64,000 nucleotides of DNA from Takakia lepidozioides. Taxonomy: Eukaryota; Plantae; Bryophyta. The notes beneath the pieces were generated by a model, which worked only from the letters and a program-made list of their open reading frames with translations, was not told the DNA's origin and did no database searches. A program made the translations under genes and the position numbers. Positions 26,213 through 38,304 of the stretch are shown here, piece after piece. Positions within the stretch are counted from its first letter, which is position 1; every line of letters begins with the position of its first letter. The stretch lies in contig CM060732.1 in NCBI GenBank assembly GCA_030704615.1, positions 65,224,001-65,288,000 on the forward strand, in the 5' to 3' direction.

Positions 26213-27615
26213 GCAACTCGGACTAAGGTTCTTCCGAACCCATTGAGGATCATCACTTTGCGAGGTACTAGTCGGAAGCAGGTACCATGCTGAAGGAATC
26301 AATTGCCTTCCAAGTTGTACATGGGTACATTTATACCAAGACCAAGGAGGTATCTAGTATTGTCATGGGCTATGGATTATACTATGCTGCTTGTTTTCTT
26401 GCACGTTATCACATTGAGCAGCAGAGGATGCAATCCCAATTTCTGAGTTATTCCAGTGGGGATCATTGGGTCTTATCTTCAGTGCCACCTCATATGTACC
26501 TATATGATGCAAAAGTTATGATGCAGAAGGATTCCCAACTTCGTTCATGGTTTCATTCGGCTTGGAACAATTTGTCAACACAGAAATTCGGCCCTGAGTA
26601 TATTTTCTTTAAGGGACATGAAGCCTGGAAATACTTACACTGTTCCAAAGTCATTGGCACACCTCTTACCTATACGGATAAGGAGTTCAGGACGTTCACT
26701 AATTTTGCTTACAAGTGCTTACAACAAGTTGTACAGTTTAAACTTCCAGACATGGTGGGACCACATTGTATGCCACACAGGATTCCACTTAAAGTTCGGC
26801 CGTTAAAACACCTAAGGGGGGACGAGGATTCTGATACTATTGTTTCTTTATAGGACTCTTTTGACATGGCAAAGGACTATGCACTTCAGATGGCAGAGAA
26901 GAAACGACGGGGATCTCCTATGCCTGAACGATTACCTCGTTATCAGCCAAAGGAGGGTAAGACATTTCCAGGTAGTGCTCAATCATCTCCATCCGCCAGT
27001 GACAGGCCTCGGGCTCGCACACGGAGTCCTTCACGCGACTCTCACCGATAGAAGGGTGCTCGCTCACAAAGGTTTGCTGATCCCAAACAGTAAAACGTGA
27101 GGACACGGCTTTTTGAGAGGGGGAGGGATAATGTTAGAGGGTTGCTTGGGACTTAGACGCTTTTACGGGTTCTGTGGGGTACCCTTAATTTTTGTGCAGA
27201 CTAAGACCAACAGGAGCCTTAGGGGTGGCAGCAGCAGGCTTTAGGGGGGTTACACAGCCCGACACAGCTCCACACAGCCAGACACAGCCCGTCACAGCTA
27301 GTCACAGCCCGACACAGCTTCACACAGCTTCACACAGCTTTGCACAGCTTCGCACAGCCTGACACAGCTCCACACAGCCAGACACAGCCCGTCACAGCCA
27401 GTCACAGCCCGACACAGCTTTACACAGCCCGCCACAGCTTTACACAGTCTGTCACAGTACATGGGGAACAGTTATCATTGACAGGGAACGACTGTGAGGG
27501 AACGACATCTGCAGAGGGAACGTGTTACTTCAGGGGTGACGGTTAGTTAGTTAGGTGGTTAGAACAGCTTGCGGGTAGATTAGGAGAGCGGCAACGGGAA
27601 GGGGATCACTTCACG
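26213..27615 (+). mobile_element. Gypsy 3' fragment: end of extra ORF, PPT, truncated 3' LTR
   Basis: ORF 26287-26853 homologous to the 33464-34293(-) and 60000-60650 regions. Stop after RFADPKQ at 27093, PPT gagagggggaggg at ~27115-27127, LTR from TG at 27132. Confidence 0.88.
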
Positions 27616-28413
27616 CAGTGTCCAAGAAAACTTTCAACTCAGCTTCAGTTAGAACATAAGGAGCAGGAGGCATGATTAACGTATCTGCCCTGTCTGGATG
27701 TCGTTGCAACCACAATGATGGACGCAACCCAAGTAAATCAAGATCACGCCGAACCTTCAATGCATCTTTCTCCCCAAAAACAGTCTTAATGATATTCTCT
27801 GCAAAGTTCTTCTCTCAATGCATAGCATCAAACGTATGTCGTATGAGGAGGCCTTCCCAGTAAGGCAAGGCATATAAGATTGATAATCGCTTCACTCCGT
27901 GAAATTTGGAAGGGTATGATGGCGTATCTGGTTTCCCCCCTGCTGCTATCCATGCAATCAGGTCAATTGCACGTTTCTTTATTTGTGTTCCCGTCTGCGT
28001 TTGTGGAGCCACTCTATGCTCAACAACACCATTGAACAATCTTGATCTTCTATACGGATGGTTGTGGGCAAGAAATCTCCGATGGCCCAGGAACATAGTC
28101 TTCGAACATGCATGTAAATGCTGTGAATCCACCTCGGGTCCACAGGCTGGACAACCAGCATAACCTTTAGTAACCTGACCCGCGAGCAAGCCATATGCAA
28201 GGTAATCATGGATTAACCATAGCAGCAATGCCCGTAGCAAGAATTGGCGTTGTTGGAGAGCTTGGGAAAGATCATAAGCTATGATGCCTCTCCACAATTC
28301 CTGTAGCTCCTCTACTAGGGGCATCAAATACACATCAATGTTCGCAGATGTAACAGACTCCTTTCCAGGGATAAGGAGTGCTAACATGATGAAAAACTTC
28401 TTTTCATCAACCA
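27616..28413 (-). pseudogene. CACTA/En-Spm transposase (Tnp2/Transposase_21-like) fragment
   Basis: LIPG..NIDVYLMPLVEELQELW, LLWLIHDY.AYGLLAG...GY..CP.C, LPYW..L.IRH..D.MH.EKN motifs. Confidence 0.9.
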
Positions 28414-28728
28414 GAGGTTTACTATTTCATGAGCGAAAACCATGAGCCATGAGTCATGAGCCGCATGAGCGGTGAGCCGAAGTCTAAGACACGCGGATTT
28501 CATGAGCGGACTCCTCCAAATTTGGAAATGCGGCAGATTAAACAAGTATTAAAATAATATATTTTTATTTGATTAGTTTTTTCTGACACATTCCATTAAA
28601 TTAATGTTTTATAATGTTTTTTATTTTCGAAATTTGTACTTCTGCTCATGAAAACCCATTGTCTTTGCTACTCCGCTCATGCCGCTTATGCTGCTCATGC
28701 CGCTCATGCTCATGAAATAGCTAACCTC
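28414..28728. mobile_element. MITE-like element with ~21-bp TIRs and CATGAGC subterminal repeats
   Basis: Left end GAGGTTTACTATTTCATGAGC; right end reverse complement GAGGTTAGCTATTTCATGAGC; AT-rich core; no TSD visible. Confidence 0.6.
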
Positions 28729-29224
28729 CTCGAAAGCACTTGCAATACGACCTGGAAAAGTGGAAGCGAAGGACGACAGCACGCACGTGCTTGGCAGGAC
28801 GGAAGCGCATTGGCAGGAACAGACCAGAGGGAGGAAAAGATCGATGAAACAGTCTTCGCCCACGATTGGCGGCAGCTGCCATGCCCTAAATCCGGGCGGC
28901 TACGATAGCAGCGCGGCATCACGGTGAGATGGGCGGCACATCATCTGGGGTGCGTTTGGGTCTGCCGGATCGGGCTGCTTGGCGGCAGACCTCACAGACC
29001 GAGCCTGGGCAGACCCCAGCAAGGGCAGACCCACTAGGGACCCGATGGCGGGCGGGCCCAGCGGCGAGGGCCGCGGTCCGCGGGCGGGCTGGGCGGCGTG
29101 CGGGCAGGGCCGCGGGCGGCTGCGGGGTTGCCGACCGCGGTGCGCGGCTGGCAGGTGGGGGTGGGCGGGGCGGGGGAGGATGACCCCGCGTCCGTGCGGG
29201 CGTGCGCGCCCTGTCCCACACGCG

Positions 29225-29825
29225 CGACATAAACTCCCAATTATTCAAAAATGAGAGGCAATTATGACTGGGCAGACAAACAACACCTCACTGGACTGCC
29301 AATAACAACAAGTATTGGGCAACTTCTTCATGCCCATGTACAGACATATGCCCACCCATGCACGAAGATCAGGGACACCCATGTAGCCCCACCTCGAGTT
29401 CCAGTGCGCACTTCTTCGGCAACATATTGGTTCGTTTCCCTGCAAATACGCTGCAACACAACCAACCTCCAAAACAGATGAAAACAAGTCAATACACTTG
29501 CCCATCTTGTGTCTAGCGCTACTGGCCAAGGCAATGGCCCCTGAAATGCTTCTCTGTCTCCTAAGAATGTAGTCTCGTTGCACTCCCATTGCGGAGCGGC
29601 AAACAAGTCATCAAACGAAACATAATTCTCTTTTGGAACATCCTGATCTACTTCCAATATATATATCACAGGTTTGCCAGTCTTCCTCATTTGCATTGTC
29701 ACCCTCGTACATAGTATCCCCATCAAGCAATTGATCGTCGTTACCAGCAATGCTCCCAAAATCGAACGAAGGGAATTGGTGAGGTTCAGATCACCAGTCC
29801 TCACAAACAAAATTCGGCAATTCAA
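29225..29825 (-). pseudogene. piggyBac-like (DDE_Tnp_1_7/PGBD) transposase N-terminal fragment
   Basis: F.LFW...LQRICRETNQY, then after a frameshift DLRAWVGICLYMGMKKLP....YW, typical of the piggyBac N-terminal region. Catalytic core absent. Confidence 0.72.
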
Positions 29826-31214
29826 AAATGCCCCTCCCCCCCATGTCTACAATGTCTTACCAACTCACATTGCCCTTGTCAAATGTTTCAAGGACGACTC
29901 CATGTACCCATAAATTCCCTGACTGCATCATCATCCTCCACTCCCAGGTAACAATATGTCTACCACTCTGAGAACTGCTTGCAAAACCACCACACACACT
30001 TTGATTTGGCACTTCTGACCACTTAGGCACATCACTCAACGATTCAGCTCTAAAACCATCAGGAAAAAAATAAAAATAAAATTGGGCCACAACGCACCCA
30101 AAGGAGACCTGCAGAGACCAGGCAAAACAAATGTCGTCGCAGGTGGGGGACTTTTCCAGCCGCCTGCTCCCTGTAGACCCTCACCACATTCATAGTTAGA
30201 TTTCCTCCGAACAGGAAGCCTCGGGGGAGGCGATCGAGCGGAGCATGGAATCGTCCTCTTTGCTGTCGCTGTACATTTCATTTGTTTGAGTGTTGGCATC
30301 AGGCCAAACGAGCTCCCTCAAAATTTCGTTCATTTCCTCACTGAATCATTCAGGATCCCCCTCCTCTCTTCTCTCTTCCCACCCTAATAGCTGAGCAACC
30401 TGCCTCCTAAATAAAAAGTGGTAGTTGTGCCCGAGAGGGCGTTTGGGCCAACGGTTGGCACGAGGTGGAGGCGGCATACTCAAGAGGAACTCGTACATAA
30501 ACAGCTTAAGATGACAGACACTTGCTCTTCTGTAGCATGTTAAGTATGTAGCACCCAAGTAGTGAGGATGCCCACAGCCTTTTGAAGGCGTGGGGGAGGT
30601 GCGGGTGGCACAGGTGCCTCTGTATGCTTCCGCCTGGGAGCCATTCACTGCCTGCGCCCACAAAGCACCCTTCCCCAAAGCCATTTCCCTGCACAATGAA
30701 ATCCCTACACAATTCAGCCGCTGAATGTACTAAGTGAATCTACATGCAAGCCCAAGAGTAAAAAGGAAGTGAAAGCAAGCAAACAAGAATAGTGAAGGCG
30801 TGACGTCGTTATGTGCGCCCTAATGCGACATTGAAGGCAACACCCGACAACGAGCTGTAATCGAGCATACAAGAATGAACGGAACACACTAGACAGAGGA
30901 TGGGAGTTGAATGCGCGCGTGCCAGCCTGCCAGTACGGTCGCCGGGATGCCCCTGGCGGGGCCCGCAGTCAAATCCCCACCCTAGCGCCCCCGAGTCGTG
31001 CCGTTATTGCCTGTCTAATAGTACAAAACATTAAAAAAACAAGGTGTGGCAAGGAAGCGGTGGGTAGCTTGGTGGCTGGGTGCATTGATCATTATTGCAG
31101 AGGTGCTGGGTTCAAACTACCCCCATGGCGTGATGGAAATTGTATGTTTAAGAATTTAACAGACGCATAGCAGTCTTTTGCATCTCCAAAAAATTTTAAG
31201 TCCCTCAAGCGGAT

Positions 31215-31500
31215 TTCTGCTCCCCTGTTCCCCGCTCCCCAGTGTGTCCGCCGCTCCCATGTTCTCCTCGCTTCCCTGTGTGTCCGCCGCTCCCCTGTGT
31301 CTGCTCCCCTGTGTTACTACTCCCGGCTCCCTTGTGCTATTGCTCCCTTGTTTTACTGCTTTGCCACTCCAATAACAAGGGAGCGGAGGAGAGGGGAGCA
31401 ATAACAGGGGAGCAGGGGAGCAGGGGAGCGGGGAGCAATAGCCGGGGAGCGGAGAACATAGGAGCAGAGGAGCGGGGAACAGGGGATTGGCGGAGCGGGA
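31215..31500. repeat. Foldback of (ctgctcccctg)n versus (caggggagcag)n
   Basis: Left arm tcccctgttccccgctcc at ~31221 is the reverse complement of ggagcggggaacagggga at ~31469. Confidence 0.7.
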
Positions 31501-32254
31501 GCAAGGGAACGCCGTAGTGGGAACATGGAGCGCAGGACCCTCGGTGGGGCGTGAAGCATTCACAAGGGAAGCGGGGGTGGGGATTTGACCGCAGGCCCAC
31601 GTGGGCCCTTTGGTTAGCTCCGGGGATCGTACCGGCAAGCCTCGCACGCGCACATTCAACTCCCATCCTATGTCTAGTGTAAATCAGAATGAACAAGGCA
31701 GGTTGCAAAGTAGCCCTAAAAATGAAGGCAGTGTGTGCGCCCTGTGTGCGTTCAAGGGTATGCAATAAAGGCAACACCCGACAACGACCTGAAATCGAGC
31801 CCAGTAGAATGAACAAGGCAAAGCAGCCCTAAACAGATTGCATGAAGGCACTGTGTCAGAATGGAGCGGTGCCCTTGCATGGCAACGACGATGCACCATC
31901 AAACCCCGCTAAGCACAAGAACAAGATCAAACATTCATACCCAAAACGATGACCAGTACACCCGCATCTCGCATTGCGTGGACTGGTTGACGGTGCCCTG
32001 ATAGGCTATTCAAATGGTCCGGTTTTTTGGGATGTGTTCCTTAGTTAGTTTCGTAGACAAGGTCCTCCTATCGAGGATGTTTGGTTCTTAATTTACACTT
32101 ATCACAGTGTGTGTGCCTTATGGTGTAACTCAGGGTTTTAATTTTTTTTCCCAAAATAATAATTATTAAAATTTATCAGGGCTACAATCCCCCTGTTTTG
32201 TTTGTTTGTTTTTTTTTTAAACTAAAAGAAAAAAGTGCGCGAGGCTTATTGGTA

Positions 32255-35200
32255 TGTCGAACGGCTTTTACTCACCCATCCCTTCGCTATCCAAGATAGA
32301 AAAGTTGGATATTTCTAAGCACTCAGCCCGCTCAGTACAATCAGTCATGACCCACAGCTAGTGAATCATGGTTGTGCTTCCCAATTGTATTCCTTCTTGC
32401 CTTCATGTTAGAGATTCACCTTATCTGATACTGATGCATCAGATTGCTTCAGTATCTACTTAATTCCAATTAATCATGCATTCATTTCACAGCTTCACTC
32501 ATGTCTCTCTACACAGTGTGCTTGTATCGAATAAGTATCAGATCACGATTTATCAGGTATCAAGCCAATGTCAAAGTGACTCTAATCCGCCCTACAGTAT
32601 CACTACAGCTCTGCATGAAATAAACATCTACTGTTCATATTTTCTCCTACTTCCTGCTCTCCGCCTAATCTCCTCTCCTACATGACCAAGAAGCGCCCCC
32701 CCGTGAAGTGTCCCCTCTTTCCGTTGCCGCTCCCCTTATCTGCCCGCAAGCTGTTCTAACCACCTAACTAATTAACCGTCATCCCTAAAGTAACACGTTC
32801 CTTTTGCAGATGTCGTTCCCTCACAGTCGTTCCCTGCCAATGATAACTGTTCCCCATGTACTGTGACAGGCTGTGTCAAGCTGTGCCGAGCTGTGACTTG
32901 CTTTGTAAGGCTGTATCGGGCTGTGACTGACTGTGACGGGCTGTGCGAAGCTGTGGCGGCTGTGACTGGACGTGTCGGGCTGTGACGGGCTATGTCGGCT
33001 GTGTCGAGCTGTATCGGGTTGTGTTGGCTATGTTTGGCTATGTCGGCTGTGGCGGCTGTGACTGGCTGTGTCGGCGTGTGTCGGGCTGTGTTGTGCTGTG
33101 ACGGGCTGTATCGGGCTGTGTTGGCTGTGACGGGCTGTGACGGGCTGTGTAAACCCCCCCCCCCCCCCCCCTAAAGCCTGTTGTTGTCACCCCTAAGGCT
33201 CCTGTTGGTCTCAGTCTGTGTAAAAATTAAGGGTACCCCACAGAACCTGTAAAAGCGTTAAAGTCCCAAGCAGCCCTCTAACATTTACCCCTCCCCCTCT
33301 CAAAAAGCCGTGTCCTCACGGTTTATTGTTTAGGATTAGCAAACCTTTGTGATCGAACGCCCTTCTGACGGTGAGAGTCTCGTGAAGGACTCCGTGTGCG
33401 AGCTCGAGTCTTGTCACTGGTTGACGGAGATGATTGAGCACTACCCGGAAATGTCTGACCCTCCTATGGCTGATATCGAGGTAACCTCTCAGGCATAGGA
33501 GATCCCCGTCGTTTCTTCTCTGCCATCTGAATTGCATAGTCTTCTGCCATGTCAAAAGAGTCCGCTGAAGAAACAGTAGTATCAGAATCCTCATCGCCCC
33601 TCAGGTGTTTTAACGGCCGAACTTTAAGTGGAATCCTCTGTGGCATACAATGTTGTCCAACCATATCTGGAAGTTTAAATTGCACAACTTGTTGCAAGCG
33701 CAGGCACGCAAAATTAGTGAACGTCCTGAACTCCTTATCTGTACAGGTAAGAGGTGTGCCAATGACTTGGGAACAGTGCAAGTATTTCCATGCCTCATGT
33801 CCCTTAAAGAAAATATCCTCAGGGCCGAATTTCTGTGTAGTCAAATTGTTCCAAGCCGAATGAAACCATGAACGAAGTTGGGAATCCTTCTGCATCATAA
33901 CTTTTGCATCATATAGGTACATATGAGGTGGCACTGAAGGTAAGACCCAATGATCCCCACTCGAATAACTCAGAATCGCGATTGCATCTTCTGCTGCTCA
34001 ATGTGATAACGTGCCAGTAAACAAGCAGCATAGTATAACCCACAGCCCATGACAATACTTGCTACCTCCTTGGTCTTGGTATAAATGTACCCATGTACAA
34101 CTTGGAAGACAATTAATTCCTTCAACATGGTACTTGCTTCAAACCAGTACCTCGCAAAGTGATGATCCTCAATGGGTCGATTGTTCGGAAGAACCTTAGT
34201 CATAGTTGCCACTTGCAGCCAAATGCGCATGATCTGGTAGTAATGTGCCAACGACTGCGGAGGACTAAATTCCTTCCAAGCCAAATCCAACACAATGGAA
34301 TTTGGTTGAAGGGCATAATCATAGCCCGACTGTACTCCCGTGCAGCAGGAGTCTTAGGTGGGTTAAAAGCAGCATCCCCCCATACCTCAGGCTGTGGTGT
34401 GGCTGTAGTAACAACAGGGTCAGCTACTTGCACAGTCACTTGTTGTGGTATTGTTACCACTGGCCCTTCTACCACTGGCATCTCCTGCACCCCTTGCAAA
34501 GAAGACTGAAAAATTAGAGTTTTGGCCTGTAAATAAGTAGCCATCAGCTGCTCCTCAGGTACAAAGACTCTATTGTCAATATTTGAACTCAGGTCATCCA
34601 CCTGAGTCTGCAGGCCTTCTACATCCTCCTGTAGCTCCGCTATCCTACTATAGACATTATCTATAGTAGTTGTGGCAATGTTCTGCACCTGCAGTCTGAG
34701 CTCATTCATCTCGCCCTGGGTAAGCTTCCGTGGTGCTTTGCCTTCCACCGGCCCTTGTGCTAACCAGACTTGCATAAGGTGGTTATCCATCAAGTTGTGT
34801 GTGGCACCCCTGAGAGTCTGTTCCTCTGTGAGCCTGTACATATCTAACTGTTGCTGTAAAGCCTCCATGCGCTTCGCATGAGGTTCAACCAAACTTGCAT
34901 AGGCAGCAGCCAGATTATTGGCTTCCTTCCAAGCCTTGTTAGCCACGGAGAGTTCATTTCTATTTACCATGACCATTTGTTGCAACTCCAGGATGTACCT
35001 CTCTTGGTCAGCTTCAACCTGTCTGTATTGCTTGAAAGTATTCTCATTGCGACAGATTGTATTCTTCATATCAACAATGAGTTTCGTCTGCTCGACATTC
35101 TCTGCCTCTGCCTTCATACATCTCTCCCCTTGTCTGTTAACTTCTGATGCAGTTTGCTCAAGAGTAGTTGTGAGTGTAGCATTGTATGGTCATTCTCTCA

Positions 35201-38083
35201 TATACTGCCTGCAACTCTGTATGTAGTGCATTCACTTCTTGCAACTTGCCCTCATGCTTCACCTGCATTTGGTATAACTGTTGTTTATGTGCTTCGTGCA
35301 ACTGGTCCTGCGCGAGGCCTGCTTCAATCAAATGTTCCTTGGCCAACTGCAAATCAGCTTTTGTATCCTCTAACTCTTGCTGTAACTTGAGATTGACCTC
35401 CTCATTGACGTTGTTTGCACACTCAGTGGCAAGTCGAGCCTCAAACTCCTTCCTGAGTTCCTCCCTCAAAGCTGCCAATTGGGTAGATGGAACATGGGAT
35501 TTCACATAAGTGCCGAACAAATTAAGTGTCCTGCTTATGGAACTCATAAGCATGGCCTGCTGAGGGTCATGATGGTAAGCTTGTTGCTGTTCTCCTTGAT
35601 CCTCAACAGTGTGATGCCTCACGAACCATTCAGGCCATTGCCCCACCAGATTTTCTTCCTGAACCACCTCATCCGCCACAGGTGCTGCAGTGTCTTGATA
35701 TTCTACCCCTGGTACCTCCGTCACAGGTGTGGGTATTACATGCACAGCAGGGTTTCCCCTGGACAACTGCTGCACCTCTGGAATCACTGTTTCCCTTACC
35801 AAGCCAGAATTTTCATAGAGAAGGTCACCCTTCTCAATTTCGGCCATGACCTGCTTTGTAGTGGGAATGTCCAACCTTTCTCCTTCCAGAGCAATTGGGG
35901 TTGATGCCACAGCATATACCAACTGTGGAACCTCTAAAACAACAGAGTCAATTGGTTGTGGTGGCTGTGGTATCGAAGTGACTTCCTCTCCCCTCTCTGA
36001 AGGCCCTGCTTCCAATAATAGCAGCTCTCTGTGTTGCTGTGCCCCATCCTGCACAAGAGCTTGGGAAACATTATCGTGCGGTTTCCGTGAAGCCAGTGGA
36101 TCCGCCACTACAGTCATACCCCGCCTCTGTCTCTTAGACTGGTGTTGCGCTGCCAGTCCACCCTCACTGTGTGAAGAGCCTTGCTCTTCAATTGCAGTGG
36201 TTTCTGCCTCAAACACTCCCATCTCCTTACGTTCCCGAGTATCAAGTATGCAAGAATCAAGAATTATTTGGGCAATGACTGGACCGGACATAATGATCGG
36301 AGACTTAGCAACAGTGCCCTGTAACCTCTTCATCTCGTCCACCAATCCGTTGTACATTAACTCCGCCCAAGCAACATCCTCTCCCCTCAAAGCTTTCAGG
36401 ATCTCCTCTGTGAAGGACCTGCTCAAATACTGTTGGTTCTGTTTCATGGCAAACAGAACGTTCAAGATTTGGCCAACTTCCCTAAGCCCTAGGTACTCGG
36501 CTTTGGTACAAGCAAAACCTTGAGTTTTAAATAAACTCCCTTCTTGGAACAAATTCCCTATCTGCAATCTTGCCCTGTGCTCATCCACATCCACATGTCC
36601 TGATGGCAAATCAAACAGTTGCTGCAGGTACTGGGGAGTAATTTCTATATCTACTCCCCTCACCTGAGTAACTCCTGTCCGAGGCTCAAAGTTCTGAAGA
36701 AATTGTATCATGAACTGCCGATGATGCAAGGACCAGTCCTTGCGTAGCAGTCCCTCCAATCGCGGCTCCTTCAGTAGCTGCACCGTCTGTGGTGTAGCAA
36801 TCGTTTGCTTCTGTAAGATTGTGGTGCTCTTCACCCTGATATCCTCCATTCCTCTCACTCTCTTCATTATAGACAAACAGAAAGGTTTTGGTTGTAACAA
36901 CTGAAGAAACGCCTGCAAGGCACAAAGCATAAAAGTATGGTTGGCGCAGAATGAAATGGGTAAGTGCTTGTAAGCATGTGGGGCTTACAAGTATCGATTT
37001 AGAGAAAAGGTACTCTCCGTTCGTCCGTCCTTGTGCCACTGCGTAAGTAGTAATGCAAGTGTGTAGTCTGTTATTTCCGCCATAGCTTCAAAGCTATAGC
37101 TTTGATTGTCTCTCCCGTCGAGACGCCCGTTACTCGGAACCACGCCGACTCTTGCGCTCATAATTCCTCTAAATTCTTGATCTTGCTTCTTGGAAAATAC
37201 CCTCTGCAGGTAATTCTGGCTCATGATTGGCTGTTGGCTCTGTGATTGGTTTTGTGATTTAATTCCCTTCCGTGGATTTTCCCCCCTGGACTGTCCACTA
37301 GGATCGCACATGTGACAAGGATTTCGCTTTTCAGTACTTGTAAAGGGTTCCGTTACCCTTTCCCTGTATGCATTAATGGGCCCACAATAAATTTTGGTTA
37401 ACGTGCCGGGTAGGTACTTTGACGGCCAATTTTGTCTTCCTTCTTGATGACACCCGTTCTTGCAATTCATGTCCGGCTGTGTGTCTCGCCCTGGCGTCCA
37501 CGTGTCCATTTCTAAACCTGCCTCCGTCCACTTTTCCGCCGGCCACTCTCCGGATGTTAACCCACGTCCACCCGTCACTGATCCTATGGATTGTGTAACC
37601 CCGGTAGGCTGTGTTGAGCTGTGACAGGCTGTGTCATACTGCGGTACGCTGTGATAGGCTGTGTGGCATTGTGGTAAGCTGTGATAGGCTGTGACATGTT
37701 GTGGTAGGCTGTGATAGGCTGTGTGACGCTGTGATGGGCTGTGATAGGCTGTGTGGCACTGTGGTAAGCTGTGATAGGCTGTGACATGCTGTGATAGACT
37801 GTGATAGACTGTGTCACACTGTGATGGGCTGTGAAAGGCTATGTCACACTTGTAATGCCCGCCCTGGTCATATACGCTCGGCTTAGTGACAAGTGCTCCA
37901 TACTCCGTTGGTATCAGTGGCGCAGCCCGTGACTGCTTTTGCGTTTCAACATGCAAATCGTGCTGCAATGGTTTGTCATGGATACCACTGTACCCCTTCA
38001 ACTTATTGGCATTGACTCTTCCCATCATCTCTTTGTTAATGGTTTGTAACATGGCGGTGTTGTTATCATACATCTTCTGTATG
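32255..38083 (-). mobile_element. Gypsy element, 3' half (integrase tail, large extra ORF, PPT, 3' LTR)
   Basis: LTR 32255-33283, PPT at 33288-33301, internal region homologous to 56195-60900. Truncated at 38083 in the integrase C-terminal module. Confidence 0.92.
33323..36867 (-). pseudogene. Large 3' extra ORF of the Gypsy family (~1180 codons, disrupted)
   Basis: ORF pieces 36930-35158, 35117-34200, 34293-33970 and 33934-33464, colinear with 57335-60877. Confidence 0.8.
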
Positions 38084-38304
38084 GGGGCTGTTATTTCATG
38101 AGCGGCATGAGCATGAGCGGAAAAAAGAAAAAACATGAGCAGACCATTGTGAGTCCACGGAAATAGGGTTAGGAGGCACGGAAATAGGGTCATGTGAAGT
38201 TGGAATGTGGCACCAGTGGACTTGAAATGCAACATTTTATTGCAAATTTTGTGGCAAGCCACGTCTATACAAGTGTGTTCTAACTGTCATAGTCGGAATG
38301 GGCA

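Noticed and set aside
21141-38083. The minus-strand 5' half (21141-26081) and 3' half (32255-38083) forming one Gypsy element
   Set aside because: Their order is wrong for a single minus-strand copy and the LTRs are of different subtypes.
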